Source of the DNA: Novakomyces olei
Lineage: Eukaryota
DNA: 64,000 bases
Direction: 5' to 3'
Assembly (NCBI GenBank): GCA_016906335.1
Contig: JADEYG010000009.1
Span: 1,116,001 to 1,180,000, forward strand
Under the pieces are notes generated by a model. That model searched no databases and was not told the DNA's origin. It saw nothing but the letters and a program-made list of their open reading frames with translations. The position numbers and the translations under genes were made by a program. Shown one piece after another: positions 60,803-64,000 of the stretch. Position 1 is the stretch's first letter; each line of letters begins with the position of its first letter.

Positions 60803-63615
60803 CATAGTTGGTGCGTATGTATCGACAAAGTCAATTCCTTCCCGTTGACTAAAGCCTCGCGCAACCAATCGTGCTCTGTATCTTTCAATGGTTCCGTCTG
60901 TCTTGGTCTTAATTTTATAAACCTGTTATAACTGTGGAAATTACTCACTGTTATAACTTTTAGATTAATTAAATCTACCCTTAAACTATGGAAAACCTTG
61001 TCCTTTTATAGACTTCAAGGCTCAGCTCTTATCTTCGTAATTTGCCAAGAGATAGGATCAAGACTTTCCTATCAATTAGTAATCAGATAGGATCAGAAGT
61101 AACCGATCAATTAGTAATCACCTTATCATTGATAAGATACAGATACCCGATCAGTGGCTTGATTTAATGATTAGTAATTAAATATTCCTCCAAATCGGTT
61201 AAATTCCGTATTTGGAGTGAATTAATTTAATTTAATTATGTCATTTCTAATTTTATTTTTACTATCTACACTATGGCCTAACAAAACCCGTCTGTTATCA
61301 ACCACATTTGCTTTTTTAGGAGGAACTACCAGTTCCCAGGTGTTATTTTCTTTCATTGCATTTAATTCTTCTTTCATTGCATTTTCCCATTCGGACGCAT
61401 TTATGCTCAATCTTGCTTTTTCGGGCGTGAGTGGTTCAGACATTTCTGGTACAGTGTTAAGTGCGTGCAAATTATGCACGCCATCATATATTCCTGGTTT
61501 GTTTCGAATTCGCGTAGACCGTCTGCCACTTTCTGTAGTGGTACCAAGCGGTTCTTCAACGGTTTGCACATCTGGCTCAATTTCATTGATATTATTATTA
61601 TTTGACACGACTGTTTCTTCATCGCAGCTGGCGAATTCTTCGGGTACGCTTTCATCATAAATGTCAGAAACGCTGGAGCTCTGTGTTGAATCCAATGTTT
61701 CTGTAGGAGGAATTTCGTTATTGTCGCTGTTAAATTTGTTTTCATTTTCGTTTTCGTTATCAGTATGATTTTCGATAAATCCATCATCACGAACAGTATT
61801 ATGTTCATTGTATTTCAAATTTCGTGACGGTAATAAAATCCCTCCACTAGACAACAAACTCCCTCTTTTATCATCATGTGTGGAATATTGTCTTAATTCT
61901 TCCAATGAGAAATATTCATTTTCAAAGAATTTAACATCCCTGGAGATAATCATTTTGTTAGTCACAGGATTTCATAATCGAAAGAATTTTGCATTCGACT
62001 GATAACCGACCATAGCATATTTTTCTCCCCTGACAATTAATTTGTTTGACCTGTCGGGCTTGGGTTTCGAATAAACATTTCAACCAAAAACTCTCAACTG
62101 ATTCACTTGTGGTACTTTTCCGTAAACCATCTCGTAAGGAGTGCGTCCGTGAATTCGCGTTGGAACACGATTTTTCATGTAAACACTTGTGCGAACTGCT
62201 TCAGGCCAAAGGCATTCTGGAAGATTACTGCCGATAAGAGCGGTTCTGGCCTTGTCTAAAATTGTTCTGTTTGCGCGTTCAGCAACACCGTTTTGCTGAG
62301 GTGTATGCGGAACAGTTGTCTCAGCATTAATGCCTTTGTCTGTATAAAATTGTTTGAGCTCGTTATTGACAAATTCACCGCCATTGTCAGTTCGAATAAT
62401 TTTTACTCGCTTGTTAAATTATGTTTCAATTAAATTGACAACCGTTTTCACGAGTTGACACACTTCGCTTTTATTTATTATTTAGAATAAAATATACGAA
62501 CGTATAACCCGAGTAATTGTAGATAAGAGTCAAGAAATACCGCAATTTCTTTTGTGAACTCACGCGAACTTCACACACATCGCTGTGAATTCGTTCGAAT
62601 AAACTTGTTGTGCGGTCCTGTCGTTTTTCAAATTGTAGACGCGTAAATTTTCCCTGTGCGCATTTGTGACATGAAAATGTCGCCGGAATTTTAAGGTCAT
62701 TCAATTTTCCATTCGCACATCCGTTAATTAATTCTGATAAATAATTCAGGTTGACATGCATAAACCGATAATGCCATTGTTCAGCACTGTTTTCTGGTGT
62801 TGTAATTAAGGCACTTTGATAATCATTATTTTTATTGTCTCTTACAACCGTGTAAAGACCTCGTTTAATTTTTCCAGTCGTAATAATACTTCCGTTTGCT
62901 CTATCAATTATTTTAACTGAATCTTCGGCGGTAAAACAGACATAAATTTTTTCTCGACCTAGTTTTCTTATCGATAGCAAATTAAATTCAAGCTCAGGAA
63001 CCCACAGTGTTTCTTTCAAGTCAAGAACGATATTTGGCCCCAGTTGAATACTCACCGTTCCAAATGCTTTAGCAAGCGTTGTATCTCCAGCAGCGGTTTT
63101 TATATTAATGTTGCATGGATGCAGAGTACCTTTAAACATTGCTTTATTAAATGTCATGTGTGCTGTTGCTCCGCTGTCTAGTATCCATTCATTGGATTTA
63201 ATATTATCGATATTCATAAGAAGCGCACTAAAGTATGGTTGAACAATATTATTATTATTAAACTCCTTTTTGTTGCATGTTGCAACACGATGACTAGGCT
63301 TCCCACATCTGAGGCATTTATTCTGTTTTTTCCAGCACACGTCTTCCGTATGTCCAGATTTATTACAGAACTTGCAATTCATATTGGACGTCGCAACGTT
63401 TGCAGTTGTCTTAACACATTTTCGCGCAAATGACCGGACCCAAAATATTGCTTCTGCCAAACTCATCTTTATACATTTCTCTGGGGAACGTTGAGAGACA
63501 AAAGACTCGATTCCAGCACAATTCTCAATCGCATTAAAATATGCTGTGACAAAAAACTTTTCCAATTTTCCATAGTCGCGTGACATGGAATCAAACGTAA
63601 GGGGAAGTTGGTCGG
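60803..63615 (-). mobile_element. degenerate Ty1/copia element (gag-PR-IN-RT start) with stops and frameshifts
   Basis: CKFC...C, CLRC...C, WILDSGATAHM, IHSDVC, TDNGGEF, QQNGVAER, NNTWELV and YRARLVARGFSQ motifs. Confidence 0.9.
60924..61283. mobile_element. solo LTR (360 bp, TGTTA...TAACA), fourth LTR family, TSD AAACC
   Basis: AAACC at 60919-60923 and 61284-61288. Removing it restores RT frame ..DNRRVYKIKTK.. Confidence 0.88.
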
Positions 63616-64000
63616 TGTTGAATCTATAATTTCGAACGTGTTAATTTGAAACGTGTTGTATTCAATTTCGTTGGCCAACATAGTTCTATCTAGATCTATT
63701 TATAGTCTTCTCAATGACAGTCACAATTACCAGGGTAAACTTCATTTTTTTTCTAAGTAATCAGCTGCTGCACAAGCTTGATATACTTTCCTATACTCCC
63801 TCTCAAGCTTGTAATGATTCAATTCTAGAGTCCCCTTTCACCAGTTTTTGTCGCAAATGTATAAAAATCTTTTTACACAAAGGCTTTGTTAAAATATCCG
63901 CAAGCTGTTCTTTTGTAGATATATAATCAACAATTACTGTGCCGTTTTCCGTTAAATTGCGCAAAACATATATCGTACATCAAGGTGCTTTAGTCGTCTC
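63616..64000 (-). mobile_element. 3' end of a second family B copy: LTR 63616-63795 plus RNase H end, running off the window
   Basis: Nearly identical to 55242-55629; inserted in the gag of the degenerate element; left flank GTCGG. Confidence 0.95.

Noticed and set aside
60474-63615. RIP-like hypermutation of repeats
   Set aside because: Some stops are C-to-T/G-to-A, but other lesions are transversions or indels, and the duplicated family B copies are nearly unmutated. A dinucleotide-index calculation would be needed.

Overview
This is a fungal (ascomycete yeast-like) chromosomal segment read with the standard genetic code. Many short GT-AG introns with CTAAC-type branch points close to the 3' splice site suggest an intron-rich, early-diverging yeast such as Lipomycetales; this placement is an inference. 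Bases 1-50.1 kb are gene-dense housekeeping DNA: PPT1, MNN11-like GT34, DUF1751/TMEM115, ARF1, a membrane-anchored M24 peptidase, two orphan ORFs, APL1, PIB2, CDC48, palH/RIM21, RAD16, a DnaJ protein, DIM1, SFK1-like, TSL1/TPS3, GTS1, JLP1/TauD and an EIS1-like gene. After about 3 kb of gene-free AT-rich DNA, 53.3-64 kb is a nested pile of Ty1/copia (Ty5-like) LTR retrotransposons from at least four LTR families, a plausible centromeric or heterochromatic cluster. It contains one intact, very young element with a single 1373-aa gag-pol ORF, near-identical 181/182-bp LTRs and the target-site duplication (TSD) ACGAC. Two of the families share two unusual features. Their LTRs have non-canonical 5'-TA...CA-3' termini, fixed by two independent TSDs. 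Their primer-binding site, GATTAAGAGTCTGA, is complementary to the anticodon arm of tRNA-Lys(CUU), which predicts half-tRNA-Lys priming.
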